DNA from: Octopus bimaculoides
Taxonomy: Eukaryota
Length of the DNA stretch: 64,000 nucleotides
Assembly (NCBI RefSeq): GCF_001194135.2
Contig: NC_068984.1
Location: 87,669,820 to 87,733,819, forward strand
Direction: 5' to 3'
Below are positions 38,627-51,713 of this stretch, in pieces. The notes under the pieces were generated by a model. That model did not search any database and had not been told where the DNA came from. It saw only the letters and a program-made list of their open reading frames with translations. Made by a program: the position numbers and the translations under genes. Each line of letters begins with the position of its first letter. Position 1 is the stretch's first letter.

Positions 38627-38738
38627 CTTAATATGAGAAGTATTTTCTTCTATATCACCTGGTAGCCTTTTAATATCGAGTTGATAATTTTTGTTCTGTA
38701 ACTTTCCTTTGTTTCCATTAATTGTGATGCACATAGAT
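38627..38738 (-). CDS. Internal exon of CS-domain gene (R-SMCITINGNKGKLQNKNYQLDIKRLPGDIEENTSHIK)
   Basis: Acceptor tgtttcacag, donor aag|gtaaat; 112 nt, phase 2 to phase 0; open frame compatible with both neighbouring exons. Confidence 0.8.
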
Positions 38739-39229
38739 CTGTGAAACATATTTCATAGTTGATACAAAAAAAAAATAATAATAATTTGTGTGTGAGTGAG
38801 TGTATAAGTTTAAATTTGCTTGAATTAAAAACAACAAATGCAAATAAAAAAATGGCAACAAAAATACAAATACAAAAATTCACTTGCTACATTAACCTCT
38901 ACCTCCACCTGTTTGCTCCCCACTCACAGTCTTATGAAAGCATCCATTCCCTCAGCCCCCTTTTATGATCCACTGCACATATCCTGTTTTATGTTCACCT
39001 TCTTATTCCTTAAAACTCCATCCTAATGTATCTCCTCTTATGACACATGTACTTGCCTCTCAATCATAGTTTAGTCTTTCAAATATTTGCCACAAAGGCA
39101 CCCACCTCCACCTCCTAGATACTTCCTCTTAGTAGTGGGAGTTTTTCTCTTAACTTTTTCCTCTGTTCTTTTCTGTCTTGCTACTTACATGGCAAACTCA
39201 TCAGTGCCAATGGCATGAAAAGAGCACCC

Positions 39230-39365
39230 AATACACTTTGTGACGTGGTTGGCATTAGGAAGGGTATCCAGCTGTAGAAACTATTGGAGCTTGATGCAGT
39301 CCTACAGCTTGCCATTACCATGCCAACATGGGAAGCAGATGTTTGATGATGATGATGATGATGAA
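39230..39365 (+). mobile_element. RTE 3' tail fragment
   Basis: gtggttggcattaggaagggtatccagctgtagaaac...ccatgccaacatgg...(gat)n. Confidence 0.65.
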
Positions 39366-39739
39366 AATTTACATATTAGAAAGAGATGTTTAGTATGATA
39401 TTGAATTCCCTTTGGCCACTGAGTTTCTAGCATAGCTAAAGAGAAAAGGGTGACTTGTTTTACTATATCCATAGTTTGTTATAACTGTTTTATATATACT
39501 TTTCAAAAGCATCATTGTGACTTTTGCTTATTCAATACTGATCTTGTAACTACTATATTATTTTCTAAGTATTATATATTACAATACTGTATCACAAAAT
39601 ATTATCAATTTTTTTAAAGCAGAAATGGATAGATTATCTCCCTTCTGATATCTGAGCCAATTATATGGTTTTAACCTGTGATCTTTCAAGTACATGAAAT
39701 ATGTTTCTAATACAGTTTATGTGGGTTTCAAATTTTGGC

Positions 39740-39935
39740 ATGAGGCCAGCAAATTCAGAGGAGCAGGTAAATTGATTATGTTAACCCCAGTGATCATCTG
39801 TTACTTATTTTAACAACTTCAAAAGGATGAAAAACAAAGTTGACCCTGGCAGCATTTGAACTCAGAATAGAAAGATGGATGAAATGTTGTTAAGCGTTTT
39901 ACCTGGTATGTTAATGATTCTGCCAGCTAGCCACC
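39740..39935 (-). mobile_element. SINE family C
   Basis: ggcatgaggccagc...aaaggatgaaaaacaaagttgaccctggcagcatttgaactcag...gattctgccagct. Confidence 0.7.
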
Positions 39936-40627
39936 TTAGTGCAATTATATATCAAAATATATTTGTATCATGGATAGTGTCAGATACAATTAAATGATTG
40001 ATTTGGATTTTAGACTAGCTATATGCTCAGAAGCTGAACATAACTTACACCCATGTCATATCTATTCTTTGCTCAAAACCTAGATAATACAAGAATGTAA
40101 GTTGCTTTTTATTAAGTGAACAACTAACACTCTCTCTTCATTCTCTTCCTTGTCTCTTCAGGAGAATAAATTTCGAATTAATGCTAGTAACATTTTTTTT
40201 TTCTCATTAAGATTATAATTTGCATGAATTAAAAAAAGTACTTTTGGCTCATCATCTCATGTAAAGTAAACTGCATTTCACTGCTGAACAGGTAAGATTT
40301 CCAATTAGTGGCACACTACACATTACAGTGGTACAGTGTCATTCATTGGTTACAGTTGGTAAATTTTTATGTATTTATTTAGGGTATGAAATATAACCAG
40401 GATGCTGATATCATTGTTTAATGTTATTATTGGTTAGTTTTACTACTTAGAGCCACTATTCTCACTTTGATATAAATTTATGCCCACTTTTTAATTATTT
40501 CAATTTTTCCAATAGGGCACATTTTTGAACAAGAAACAAAACTCCATTGACACTAGGCACCCATACATGTATGGTTACAGTCACATAGATGTGTACAAGA
40601 TGCAAAGACACGTGCACACACATACAT

Positions 40628-43410
40628 ATCATCATCATCATTTAACGTCAATTGTCCATGCTGGCATGGGTTGGACAGTTTGACTGGGCTACCATGCTGG
40701 AAGGCTGCACCAGACTCCAGTCTGATTTGGCATGGTTTTATATGGCTGGATACCCTTCCTAACGCCAACCTCTCCAAGAGTGTAATGGGTACTTTTATGC
40801 ACCACCAGCACGGGTGCCATTTGTGTGACACCACGATGCATATAAATGCCATTGGCATGGGTGCCAATTTTTGTGACACTGGTATCTGCCATGACTGCAA
40901 TTTTGCTTGGCTTGATGGGTCTTCTACTCAAGTAGAACGTAATGCCAAAGGTGTTGGTCATTGTCTCCATGAGGCCCAACACTCAAGAGGAACTCAGCCA
41001 CTTTGCCTCTGTGAGGCCTAATGTTCAAAAGATGTTTCTTATGAGGCTCAATGCTCGAAAGGAACTCTGTGAGGCCCAACATTCAAAAGATGTTCTTTAC
41101 ATGCCACCAGTATGGGTGCACTTGGCTTGACGGGTCCTCCCAAGCACAGCACATCGCCAAAGGTTTCGGTCACCAGTCAATGCCTCTGTGAGGCTCAAAG
41201 TTTGAAGATCATGCTTCACCACCTCATCCCATGTCTTCCTGCATCTACCTCTGCCACAAGTTCCCTACTCAGAGATTGGCATTTCTTCACACAGCTGTCC
41301 TCATCCACACGCATCACATGACCGTACCAGCACAGTCATCTCTCTTGCACGCCACATCTGATTCTTCTTATGCCTAACGTTTCTCTCAAGATGCTTGCAC
41401 TCTGTTGGACATATACACTGACAATGCACATCCAGCAAAGCATACTGGCTTCATTTCTTTCAAGCCTATTCATGTCCTCGACTGTCATAGCCCATGTTTC
41501 ACTGCCATGCAACATAGCTGTTTGCACACAAGCATCATACAATGTACCCTTCATTCTGAGAGAGAGGCCCTTTGTTACCAGCAGGGGTAGGAGCTCTCTG
41601 AACTTTTCCCAGCCTAATCTTATTCTCACAGCTACACTCTCGGAGCATCCACCTCCTCTACTAACTTTGTCACCTAGATAATGGAAGCTATCTACTACCC
41701 CTAGCTTGCTGCCCTGACAGTTGATGGAGTCTATTTTCTGCATATTTTCAGTGTTTATTGTACCTGTGCACCTTCCACATATAAAAGTTAATTTCCTTGG
41801 TAACCTTCCTCTGATGATACTGCACTTTTTATGTGTCTAAAGTTTACACTGGTTATATTTTATGGAGTTTCTACCTACAACTTTTCTACAGCTTGGGGAG
41901 GGCCATTTACCTGAAGGGATTTGTGATTTGTCTGCCTTCCTACTTACTATGACTTTGGTTTTTGCTAGGTTAACTCTAAGGCCTTTTGATTCTAGACCTT
42001 ACTTCCATACCTGAAACTTCTTCTCTAGTTCAGGTTGTGATTCAGCTATAAGAGCAAGGTCATCAGCATAGAGGAGCTCCCAGGGGCAGCCTGTCTTGAA
42101 TTCCTGTTATTGTTTGGGGAACTATGATGAACAAGAGGGGGCTGAGCACCAATCCTTGATGAAGCCCTACTTTGACCCTGAATTCTTTGCTGTACTCGTC
42201 CACCCTCACCTTACTTGTAGTGTCTCTGCACAAGGCTTGTACAGCTCTCACCAACCACTTGTCTATCCCTAGTTTCTGCATTGACCACCAGATAAGGGAT
42301 TGGGGGACTCTGTCAAATGCTTTCTCCAAGTCAACAAAAGCCAAGTACAGAGATTTATCTTTGGCTATGTATTTCTCCTGCAGTTGCCTTACCAGAAATA
42401 TAGCATCGGTGGTGCTTCTACCTGGCACAAAACCAAACTGTATCTCATCTAGACTAACTTTCTCCCTAATTAGTTAGGTTATGACTCTCTCTGCAACCTT
42501 CATCACCTGATCCAACAATTTGATACCTCTGTAATTATTTCTATCTAAGGCAACACCTTTACCTATGTAGCAGTTGACTATAGTGCTGCTACACCAGTCA
42601 TTGGGTATGAATCTTTCATGAACCACCTGATTTACAATACGGGTGACTAGACCATCTCAGCGGTGATTCCTGATGGCCTGGGGGCTTTCCCTGTCTTCAT
42701 ATCCATAATTGCTTTATCTACCAGGGTACTGTCGTTTCAGGTAGATGGTCCCTCAATTAGATCAACATCTTTTCATTCATTCTCCATGTTCAGCAGTCTT
42801 TCATAATGGCATCTCCAAGCCTCTTTCTTTAAAGACTCATTAAAAGCAAGTGCACCATCATCCATGCACTTCCTATGACATCACAATTTTCTCTCACACA
42901 CTGTCCTGCAATCCAAAATATTTCAGTTCTTTGGTCCTCACGATGCTGAATATAGGCAAACTTATTCTTTTCTGCCTCCCCCTTGGCTAGATACACATGT
43001 CTCCTAGCTTCCCTTCTGGCTATCTGATACAATTCCCTGCTACCTCACTCCTCTAGGCCTTCTCAGGCCTTTTTATTTGCTCTAATGGCCCTGTCTACAG
43101 TATTGTTCTACCACCACGTTACCCTAGGTCTGGAAGGGACTTTGTACCAGCCACAGATTTGGACTGTGACACTCAGCAAGCTGTCCCACAGGAATTCCCA
43201 ATAGCCCTCTATGTCACAAGTTTGTAGCTCCTCCTCCCTCTCATCAAATTTCTCAATTAGGATGTCCCTAAATCTCTGACCTAAATCTTTTCCAGATTGG
43301 TCTGCTTCTTGGCATCCTTCTAGCCTGGAGTCTAAAATTGCTAATGACTAGTCTATGCTGGGTGGTATATTCTTCAGCAGGGAGGGTTTTTGTATTTAAG
43401 AGCAATCATG
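40628..43410 (-). mobile_element. RTE-clade LINE copy 2, 5'-truncated, RT region complete but degenerate
   Basis: PGRSTTDAIFLVRQLQEKY...YLAFVDLEKAFDRVP...GLHQGLVLSPLLF, then ELLYADDL (~42055-42075) and VVDSFHYLGD...TAMLHGSETWA; (TGA)n tail at 40628. Confidence 0.93.
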
Positions 43411-44359
43411 CATCCCGCAACAATCACCAACCCTACTAGTTACCAAGTAAGGAAATAATCTCCCAGTTTAGCAAACAACAAAAAGTTTAACATGTTTTAC
43501 ATGGAAAACTGGAAACAAACAACAAGGTTTTTTACATTCCGCAGGACTAAGGAGGCACAAATTTAAAAGAACACATAGTTCACAGGAAATAGTATTGTTT
43601 TGTTATAATTTTATTTTAACAACTTGGATTTGAGCAGTTTGATGTGTGTGTGCACATATGAACATCATTTACTATTCAAATAGATATATTTGCAAGTGTC
43701 TAGCGATTATGACTACAATGATATTAAAACTGTAAAATACATGTTCTATGCTGGGTGTTTTGAAAACCTAACAATGCAAAAGAAATTTGGCAATTGAATT
43801 ACATGGTAAACTGCAGTCATTCTTGCTTATAATGTTGTCTTTTTTATGTTTGACCCAAAGTTAACTTTGATCCAGCAGATCCCTCGTCTTTTATCATATA
43901 TAGTATATCTAGTATGTCCTGTCTTTTTTAAGATGATTGGTTGCAGTTCTTAAGAGATTTCTTGTAGTTTGAGGGGACCTCTTAAAGGTTATCAACTCAG
44001 CTTATTTGTTTAATATATAGCAGTGGAAAAACAGATTAGCAGCCTCAGCTTTCTTATACCTTACCAGCTTAGAAAATAAAAGATACACTGGTTAATGCAT
44101 TTCTAGATGCAGTGTGTTTAAATATAAGACAGGATGGTCATGGTTAAAATGCCTTTCATAACAGATAAGTCTGTTGATGGCTGCAATGGGATAAAACTAC
44201 AGCTTATACAACAGATGATTAAAAAGAACCACATATAACAAAGCTTGTGATGAGGAATGCATGCAGATACTCAATACAAAGATTATTGCAAGAAAATAGT
44301 CAATGACGTTAATATTTTAGGTGCATAAATGTGTGTGTATGTGTATGTGTGTGTGCGTA

Positions 44360-44570
44360 ACTATGAGTCTGTGTTTGTCCCCACTGTCATTGCTTGACAA
44401 CTGATGCTAGTGTCTTTATGTCTCCATAACTTAGCAGTTCAGCCAAAGAGGCCGATAGAATAAGTACTAGGCTTACAAAGAATAAATCCCAGGGTCGATT
44501 TCTTCAACTAAAACCCTTTGAGGTGGTGCTCCAGCATGGCTGCAGTCAAATAACTGAAACAAGTAAAAGA
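44360..44570 (+). mobile_element. SINE family A, 3' half
   Basis: gtttgtcccc...gcttgacaactgatgc...ccagcatggctgcagtcaaataactgaaacaagtaaaaga. Confidence 0.75.
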
Positions 44571-44685
44571 ATATCTGCAAAATGAATGCACAGTCTCTAA
44601 AACACAGAATGGGAAATGGAAGTTGGTTATTATGCATAATATACATATCAGTTGTAGAATAATGAAACACTATGTGGGTTGTTTA

Positions 44686-45036
44686 GTGGAGGCGCAATGG
44701 CCCAGTGGTTAGGGCAGCGGACTTGCGGTCATAGGATCGCGATTTCGATTCCCAGACCGGGCGTAGTGAGTGTTTATTGAGTGAAAACACCTAAAGCTCC
44801 AAGAGGCTCCGGCAGGGGATAATGGCGAACCCTGCTGTACTCTTTCACCACAACTTTCTCTCAGGGGCCGACCTTGTCACACTGTGTCACACTAAACCTC
44901 CCTGAGAACTACGTTAAGGGTACATGTGTCTGTGGAGTGCTCAGCCACTTGCACGTTAATTTCACGAGCAGGCTGTTCCGTTGATCGGATCAACTGGAAC
45001 CCTCGGGGTTGTAAGCGACCGAGTGCCAACAACAAC
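44686..45036 (+). mobile_element. SINE family B, 11-bp TSD
   Basis: Same head; ends gagtgccaacaacaac; TSD gtgggttgttt at 44674-44684 and 45037-45047. Confidence 0.9.
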
Positions 45037-45120
45037 GTGGGTTGTTTGCTTGACCTGCAAGAAACAGGAGCCAAATCTCCCAAAATTTACAATCCACTAT
45101 TTTAAAAAGACATATTAGAT

Positions 45121-45444
45121 CAGTTGCTCTCAGTCAGGAGTTACATAGATGTTTAGGGGTCCACACAAGCAAAATACTACATTGGGGATGCACAGTAGTA
45201 TATTAAGGGTCCATGAAAAAATTTTGCTTTAGATGTATTTTATTACAAGAAACAGCAAGATTTCTTTCTCAAATGTTTTACATAGTTCAAACAACACAAG
45301 TGAATGTGTGTAAAAAAACAAAATAGGAATTTTGAAGACAGTATCTATAAAATTAGTTCCTAAACATTGAATGGCTATGGGGGTCCATCAGAATAAAATA
45401 ATAATCAAAGGGGTCCATAGCTAAAAAATGGTTGAGAAGCCCTG
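45121..45444. mobile_element. hAT-type MITE
   Basis: Ends cagttgctctcag... and ...ggttgagaagccctg; 8-bp TSD tattagat/tattagac (NNNTANNN). Internal sequence shared with 48855-49232. Confidence 0.8.
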
Positions 45445-45745
45445 TATTAGACAATGTAGTCAGAGATATACAAAAAACAAGATGGCTCCGGCTTGAATGC
45501 CTTTGATCAGAGGTCACCTTAATTGAGTTGACAGGGAGAGGAAGCTTAGACAATAACATTATCTCTAAAATAAATGAACTATTAGAGCAACTAAAGTAAA
45601 CTAATAAATTCCATGCTCAAATTCTGAATCCATATTTCAAACAATGGTTATCTGTAGTCTTTAGAAAGATGAAACAGACAAAAACATACATAATCATATA
45701 CACGACATACAAAAACATGAAGAATATGGAAATTTATAAGACAAC

Positions 45746-45869
45746 CTTGTATGGAATTCATAAATTACATTGGCATTTTTAGCATTTGGTTGATTTTTCT
45801 TGAATGGTTTCAGGTTAGGTATATCTAATATAACCTGTACAATGCCTGGTTTAAAGTTTTCATCAGTTA
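45746..45869 (-). CDS. Internal exon of CS-domain gene (TDENFKPGIVQVILDIPNLKPFKKNQPNAKNANVIYEFHT-R)
   Basis: Strong acceptor ttcttcttcttttcag, donor ag|gttgtc; 124 nt, phase 1 to phase 2. Splicing to 38738 gives YEFHTRSMCITI. Confidence 0.78.
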
Positions 45870-46061
45870 CTGAAAAGAAGAAGAAAAAAAAATTATAATT
45901 GTCATGAAAATATAAAATAGATAAAAATATAAGTACAGGTGTTGTATTGATAAGTATTTCCAGCATAATAATTTATTTTGACTAACTGAAAAACATCCAG
46001 ATCATGAAATAGAGTAAATTCATAATGAATATATAAATGTACACACACATACATATATACA

Positions 46062-46420
46062 TATAGGAGTGGCTGTGTAGTATGAACTTTGTTTCCCAAC
46101 CACATGGTTCCAGTTCAGACCCTTGCCACCTTGGGCAAGTGTCTTTTGATTGGATTTGGAAGATGGAAACTGAAAGAAGCCCAACATATATATATGTGTG
46201 CGTGTGTATGTGGGCGTGCGTGTGTGTCCGAGTTTGTCACCCCACCATCACTTGACAACTGGTGTTAGTGTGTTTATGTCTTTGTAACATAGCACTTCGG
46301 CAGAAGAGACTGATGGAATAAGTGCTAGGTTTACAAAGAATAAGTGCTGGGGTTAATTGCTTCAACTAAAGGTGGCACTCCAGCATGGCCGCAGTCAGAT
46401 GACTGAAACAAATAAAAAGA
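46062..46420 (+). mobile_element. SINE family A
   Basis: ggagtggctgtgtag...caccttgggcaagtgtc...ccagcatggccgcagtcagatgactgaaac. Confidence 0.8.
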
Positions 46421-46459
<39 letters not shown>

Positions 46460-46468
46460 TATACTTAT

Positions 46469-47635
46469 ATCATCATCATTGTTTAACGTCCGTTTTTCAT
46501 GCTGGCATGGGTTGGACGGTTCGACTGGGGTCTGGGAAGCTAAGAGGCTGCACCAGGCTCCAGTCTGATCTGGCAGTCTTTCTACAGCTGGATGCCCTTC
46601 CTAACGCCAACCACTCCAAGAGTGTAGTGGGTGCTTTTCACGTGCCAGAGGGGGCTGGCAATGACCACGATCGGTTGGTGCTTTTTATGTGCCACCGGCA
46701 TGGAAGCCAGCGCTGGCATCGGCTATGTTTGGATGGTGCTTTTTACATGCCACCGGCACAGGGATCACAACTACAATTTCCATTTGATTTTGGTTTTGAT
46801 GTACTTGACTCAATAGGTCTCCTCAAGCACAGTATGTCACCCTACAATCCAAGGTACTTTTGAGTGGGCTGGTTATGTGACACTGGTGTTGGTTACAGCT
46901 GTGAACTCACTTTATTTTCTGGGTCTTCTCAATCACAGCATCTCTCCAGAAGTCTCTGTCTTTCGTCATTGCCTCTGTGAGGCCCAACGTTCGAAGGTCA
47001 TGCCTGACCATCTCATCCCATGTCTTCCTGGGTCTCCCTCTACCCCGGATTCCTTCCACTGTTTGGGAGTGGCACTTCTTCACACAGATCTCCTCATCCA
47101 TCCGTAGTACATGACCATACTAGCTCAAACGTCTCTCTTGCATGCCACATCCGATGCTTCTTATGTCCAACATTTCTCTCAGGGCGCTTACAATCTGTTG
47201 TGTGTACACACTGACATTACACATCCAGCAGATCTTGCTAGCTTCATTTCTTTTGAGCCTACTCATGTCTTCAACAGTCACAGCCCATGTTTCACTGGCG
47301 TGAAGCATGGCAGTTCACACACAAGCATCGTACAATCTACCTTTCACTCTGAGCAAGAGGCCTTTTGTCACCAGTAGGGGTAGGAGCTTTCTGAACTGTG
47401 CCCAGGCTATTCTCATTGTAGTGGTAACACTCTCTGAGCATCCACCCCTACTACAGACTTGGTGGAAGCTATCAGCTACTTCTAGTTTCTGGCATGTGAT
47501 GGAATCTGTTTCCTGAGCATCTGTGGTGTTTATTGCCCCTGTGCATCTGCTGCACATGAAAGCTATCTTCCCGGTTAATTTTCCTTTGATGTTGCTGCAC
47601 CTCTTATGTGTCCATAGCTTACACTGGGTTACATC
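46469..47635 (-). mobile_element. RTE-clade LINE copy 3, 5'-truncated
   Basis: TQCKLWTHKRCSNIKGKLTGKIAFMCSRCTG...WAQFRKLLPLLVTKGL...VEGIRGRGRPRKTWDEMVRHDL; (TGA)n tail at 46469. Confidence 0.9.
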
Positions 47636-47790
47636 TCTGTAAGTTAGTGGTTCGGCAAAAGAACTGAGAGAATAAGCACTAGACTTAAAAAATAAGCCAT
47701 GGGGTTGATTTCTTTGACTAAAACCCTTCAAGGTGGTGCCCCGGCATGGCAGCAGTGGAATGACTGAAACAAATAACAAATAAACAAAAA
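47630..47790 (+). mobile_element. SINE family A, 3' half fused to RTE copy 3
   Basis: tacatctctgtaagttagtggttcggcaaaag...ccccggcatggcagcagtggaatgactgaaac. Confidence 0.7.
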
Positions 47791-47822
47791 GATAAAAGAT
47801 ATATATATATATATATAGATAG

Positions 47823-47870
<48 letters not shown>

Positions 47871-47873
<3 letters not shown>

Positions 47874-48285
47874 AGGTGTGGCTGTGTGGTAAGAAGCTTG
47901 CTTCCCAACTGCATGGTTCCAGGTTCAGTCCCATTGTGTGGCACTTTGGGTAAGTGTTTTCTATAGTTTTGGGCTGACCAAAGCCTTGTGAGTGAATTTG
48001 GTAGACAGAAACTGAAAGAAGCCCATCATATATTTACATATATATATTTATGTGTATGTGTATCTTTGTGTCTGTACTTGTCTCCACTACCTTCCACTAT
48101 CGCTCGATGACCAATGTTGGTGCATTTACATCCTCTTAACTTAGTGGTTTGGCAAAACGGACCAATACAGTAAGTACTAGGCTTACAAAGAATAAGTCCT
48201 GGGGTCAATTTCTTAGACTAAAACTTTTTAAGGCGATGCTCCAGCATGGCTGCAGTAAAATGACTGAAACATGTCAAAGAATAGA
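47871..48285 (+). mobile_element. SINE family A, full length
   Basis: Head, CORE-like block, (TA/TG)n tract and 3' tail all present. Confidence 0.82.
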
Positions 48286-48511
48286 AGAAAAGAATGTATG
48301 TGTGTGTGTGCATGCGTGCATGTGTGTGTATGTGTATATGTATATGTATGTATATATATGTAAATATCAAACAGTGAGAATGCGTGCTCAGTGCTGCATT
48401 ACTGGATAAAGATTCTTTATTTGAGCATTAAGGCTATAATTGGTAGCCTGTGGTATTGGTTTTGGTGATGATAATGTCTGTGACATGATGGTGAGTGTTA
48501 TTGGCCATTAG

Positions 48512-48731
48512 CCCTTTAGTATATTCAACTAGCCATATCAGGTTTGAAGATTCTACCTGGTTTATGTTCAAACTGACCAGATCCAACCTCTCATACCTAC
48601 CTTACAATGTCATTCTAAAAATAAACAATCACATCACCGAAACCTCAAAGTATGAGATAATGTCTCATTAATTCGAAGCCATGTGAATAAGTAAGCATTA
48701 CATTTCACAGAGCAATCTGAATGCAAAAGGG
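48512..48731. mobile_element. piggyBac-like MITE with decayed TTAA sites
   Basis: ttag|ccctttagtat ... atgcaaaaggg|tgaa. Confidence 0.6.
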
Positions 48732-48854
48732 TGAAGGAATTGATGGTGGCAGTGGTGGGGATGCTGTCCACATTGGTTGTTGTTTTTGTTTTTGTTGTTG
48801 ATGGTTGTTGTATTAGTATTGATAATTGTGGTAGTTGTAAAAGTTGGTTCAAAC

Positions 48855-49232
48855 CAGTTGTTCTCAACTGGGGTCCTCATGACCCCTTGTGGCCCACATA
48901 GGACTTTTGTGGGTTCATGCAAGCAAAGTAGTAAATTGGGAATCCACAGTGGTATTTGAAGGGTTTGCTTTAGATATATTTATCACAAGAAACAGCTAGG
49001 TTTCTTTCTCTAATGTTTTACATAGTTTAACATGTTTCTGGCCACAGAAACATGTTCTCTCAGAGAGTGCTGTGGCAAACTTATACGAGTGAAGATGCGA
49101 AAATGGAAATTTTGAAAGAAGTATCTATAAAACTTGTTTCTAAACACTGAATGGCTATGGAGGTCCACAGAAATAAAATAGTATTCACAGGGGTCCATAG
49201 GTTAAAAAAAAAAAGATGGTTGAGAAACACTG
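48855..49232. mobile_element. hAT-type MITE, same family as 45121-45444
   Basis: cagttgttctcaactgggg ... ggttgagaaacactg; shared internal ttgctttagat...caagaaacagc...tttctttctc; TSD decayed. Confidence 0.75.
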
Positions 49233-49852
49233 ATTTAGATAGTGAGTGAATGTGTTAGGTAGGTAGGTTGATAGATAGAAAGATAGGTAGATACTTATTG
49301 GTAGGTTGATAGATAGAAAGATAGGTAGATACTTATGAAGAAAATTTACATAAACACACACAAATGTTCACATTGAAAGATTGCATCTCACACTACATTA
49401 GTACTTATAGAAACACAAACACAAACATACATACATATATGTATCTATTTATTGAAATGATAGTTTTCCAAATTACTAACAACTTTAATCCAATCTAAAA
49501 CATTGAGGAGCGATCTTCTATTCTTTTATCAGTTTCAGTCATTTGACTGAAGGCCATGCTGGAGCACCAAATCAACCCCAGGACTTATTTTTTAAGCCTA
49601 GTACTTATTCAGTTGGTCTCTTTGGTTAAACTGTTAAGTCATGGGAATGTAAATACATCAACACTGGTTGTCAAGCAGTGCTGGGGGAACAAATACATAA
49701 TTCATAAAAGTTCTATACCTTTTACGCAACACCACTCCTATCTTGCAGCCCATAGACCAACAAGTGATTTTTAATTTTAAAAAATTGTATACCACATGCC
49801 TGTTTCATCAGTGCTTTGAAGTCATCGAAAATATAAATCTAACCCTTCGTTA

Positions 49853-50135
49853 GTTTTGGAAGAAGCACTACAACATTAACTGCCCAAAAATCATCAATAT
49901 GGTCTGGCAGGTTGTAATGAGGAAAATGCTGAATTCTGCATGGAGGAAACTGTGGCCTGACTGCATATCCAGAAGAGACTTTGAGGGGTTTGAGTCTGAG
50001 ACACCTGTAGTTGAAGAGATAGTGTCTCTTGGCAAGTCCATGGGCCTCAAGGTTGACAATGGGGACATTAATGATTTCATCGAGGAACACTCAGAGGAGC
50101 TGACGACAGATGAATTCCTGCAGCTTCAAACCAGT
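49853..50135 (+). mobile_element. pogo/Tigger (TIGD1-like) transposase C-terminal fragment
   Basis: FWKKHYNI...MLNSAWRKLWPDCISRRDFEGFESETPVVEEIVSLGKSMGLKVD...EEHSEELTTDE. Confidence 0.85.
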
Positions 50136-51369
50136 AGCTGCCAACAACCCAGATATATCACCTTAACATTAGCTGCACCTAAATACTGGCTGCATCACAG
50201 CTAAGGACAGGGTTCCTCACCAACAATGCCTACACAGACTACAAGCTAGCCTTCCAACCTTATGCATCCCCTGTAATTCCCTATGTTCAACTCCATATAT
50301 GTGGGTGCTGACACACATATGTCTATGTACATATGTTTTCTCTCTCTTTCTTTCTCTCCCTAATACCACAAAACCTCAATGCTCTATGATCTCCCCCACC
50401 CCACCAGCAATGCTGTTGTGACAACATTAGCATTCATCTGTCATGCTGACATGGGTAAATACCAAAAGCATGAATGTGTATGTACACACACACTAGATAA
50501 CACACTAGATAACACACATATACGTTCTTCCAGACAAACATGCACACATTCATATGCACACATATCAATGCAGGAATGTACATATTCATGCTCACCAATC
50601 ATCCACACACACACACATACTCATATATGCATCCTAAACACATATGTGCACACATGTATATACAGCAGGCACTAATGAACACACATTCACGCACACACTT
50701 ATATAACTGATACATAGCTGATATACACGTGGCACCATACATCCACATATTCATGCATGCAAGTACACACACATACCTGATATGTACTCACACCCATATG
50801 TACACACACACACTCAGGTAAGCATGCACATATGCACCAACAAGCTAATGCCATCAGCTCTCATTGACACGTACACTCCCCCCACTACTAAACACACATG
50901 CATAGCTGACACAGATGCATAGGCATCAGATATCCACATTTATGCATTCACACATCTGCTATACACACACACACACATGCCTTCTCCAAAGACTGACCAG
51001 ACAGTAAGGCACAACCAACTTCCTGTCTTGCCATGTGGGCCAAGAAATTCTCTGTTTTAATGCATCTGGTGTTACTGGAGTGCTGATCTCACTTTTAACA
51101 ACACCATGTGACTTGCCTTGGCCAATGGCAGACCAGTTTTCTGTAGCCATCTTGGATTTACTGTATCTCTCCATTCAGTTAACTGAGCTCCATGAGCCTA
51201 TGAAACTCATGGGGCAAAATCAAACCGTTTTAAATAATAATATATGTAACTCCTACTAAATATGTTGAGTGTCTCTTTAGTTTGTTTGTCCACTGAACCA
51301 TATATATTAGGTACGTTGCTTAGTAGTTAAGATATTTGGCTCATGATCACAAGGTTGTGAGTAATTCCA

Positions 51370-51625
51370 AGTGATGCATTGTGTCCTTGAGCAAGACTCT
51401 TTATTTCATGTTGCTCCAGTACACTCAGCTGGTAAAAATAAGTAGTACCTGTACTTCAAAGGGCCAACCATGTCACACTGTGTCATGCTGAATCTCCCTG
51501 AAAACTACATTAAGGGTACACATGTCTGTGGAGTGCTCATCCATTTACGTGTTAATTTCACAAGGAGGCTGTTCCGTTGATCGAATCAATTGGAACTCTT
51601 GTCTACATAACCAATGGAGTGCCAT
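51370..51625 (+). mobile_element. SINE family B-related, decayed 3' part
   Basis: caaagggccaaccatgtcacactgtgtc...ggtacacatgtctgtggagtgctc...ggagtgcca. Confidence 0.65.
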
Positions 51626-51669
51626 ATACATATATATATATATATATACATATACATGTATATACATAT

Positions 51670-51710
<41 letters not shown>

Positions 51711-51713
<3 letters not shown>

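Noticed and set aside
40049-40079. 31-nt segment with good splice sites (tattatctag / gtaagt) on the minus strand
   Set aside because: In the intron's phase 2 it reads R-F-stop. It could only be a poison exon, and there is no supporting evidence.
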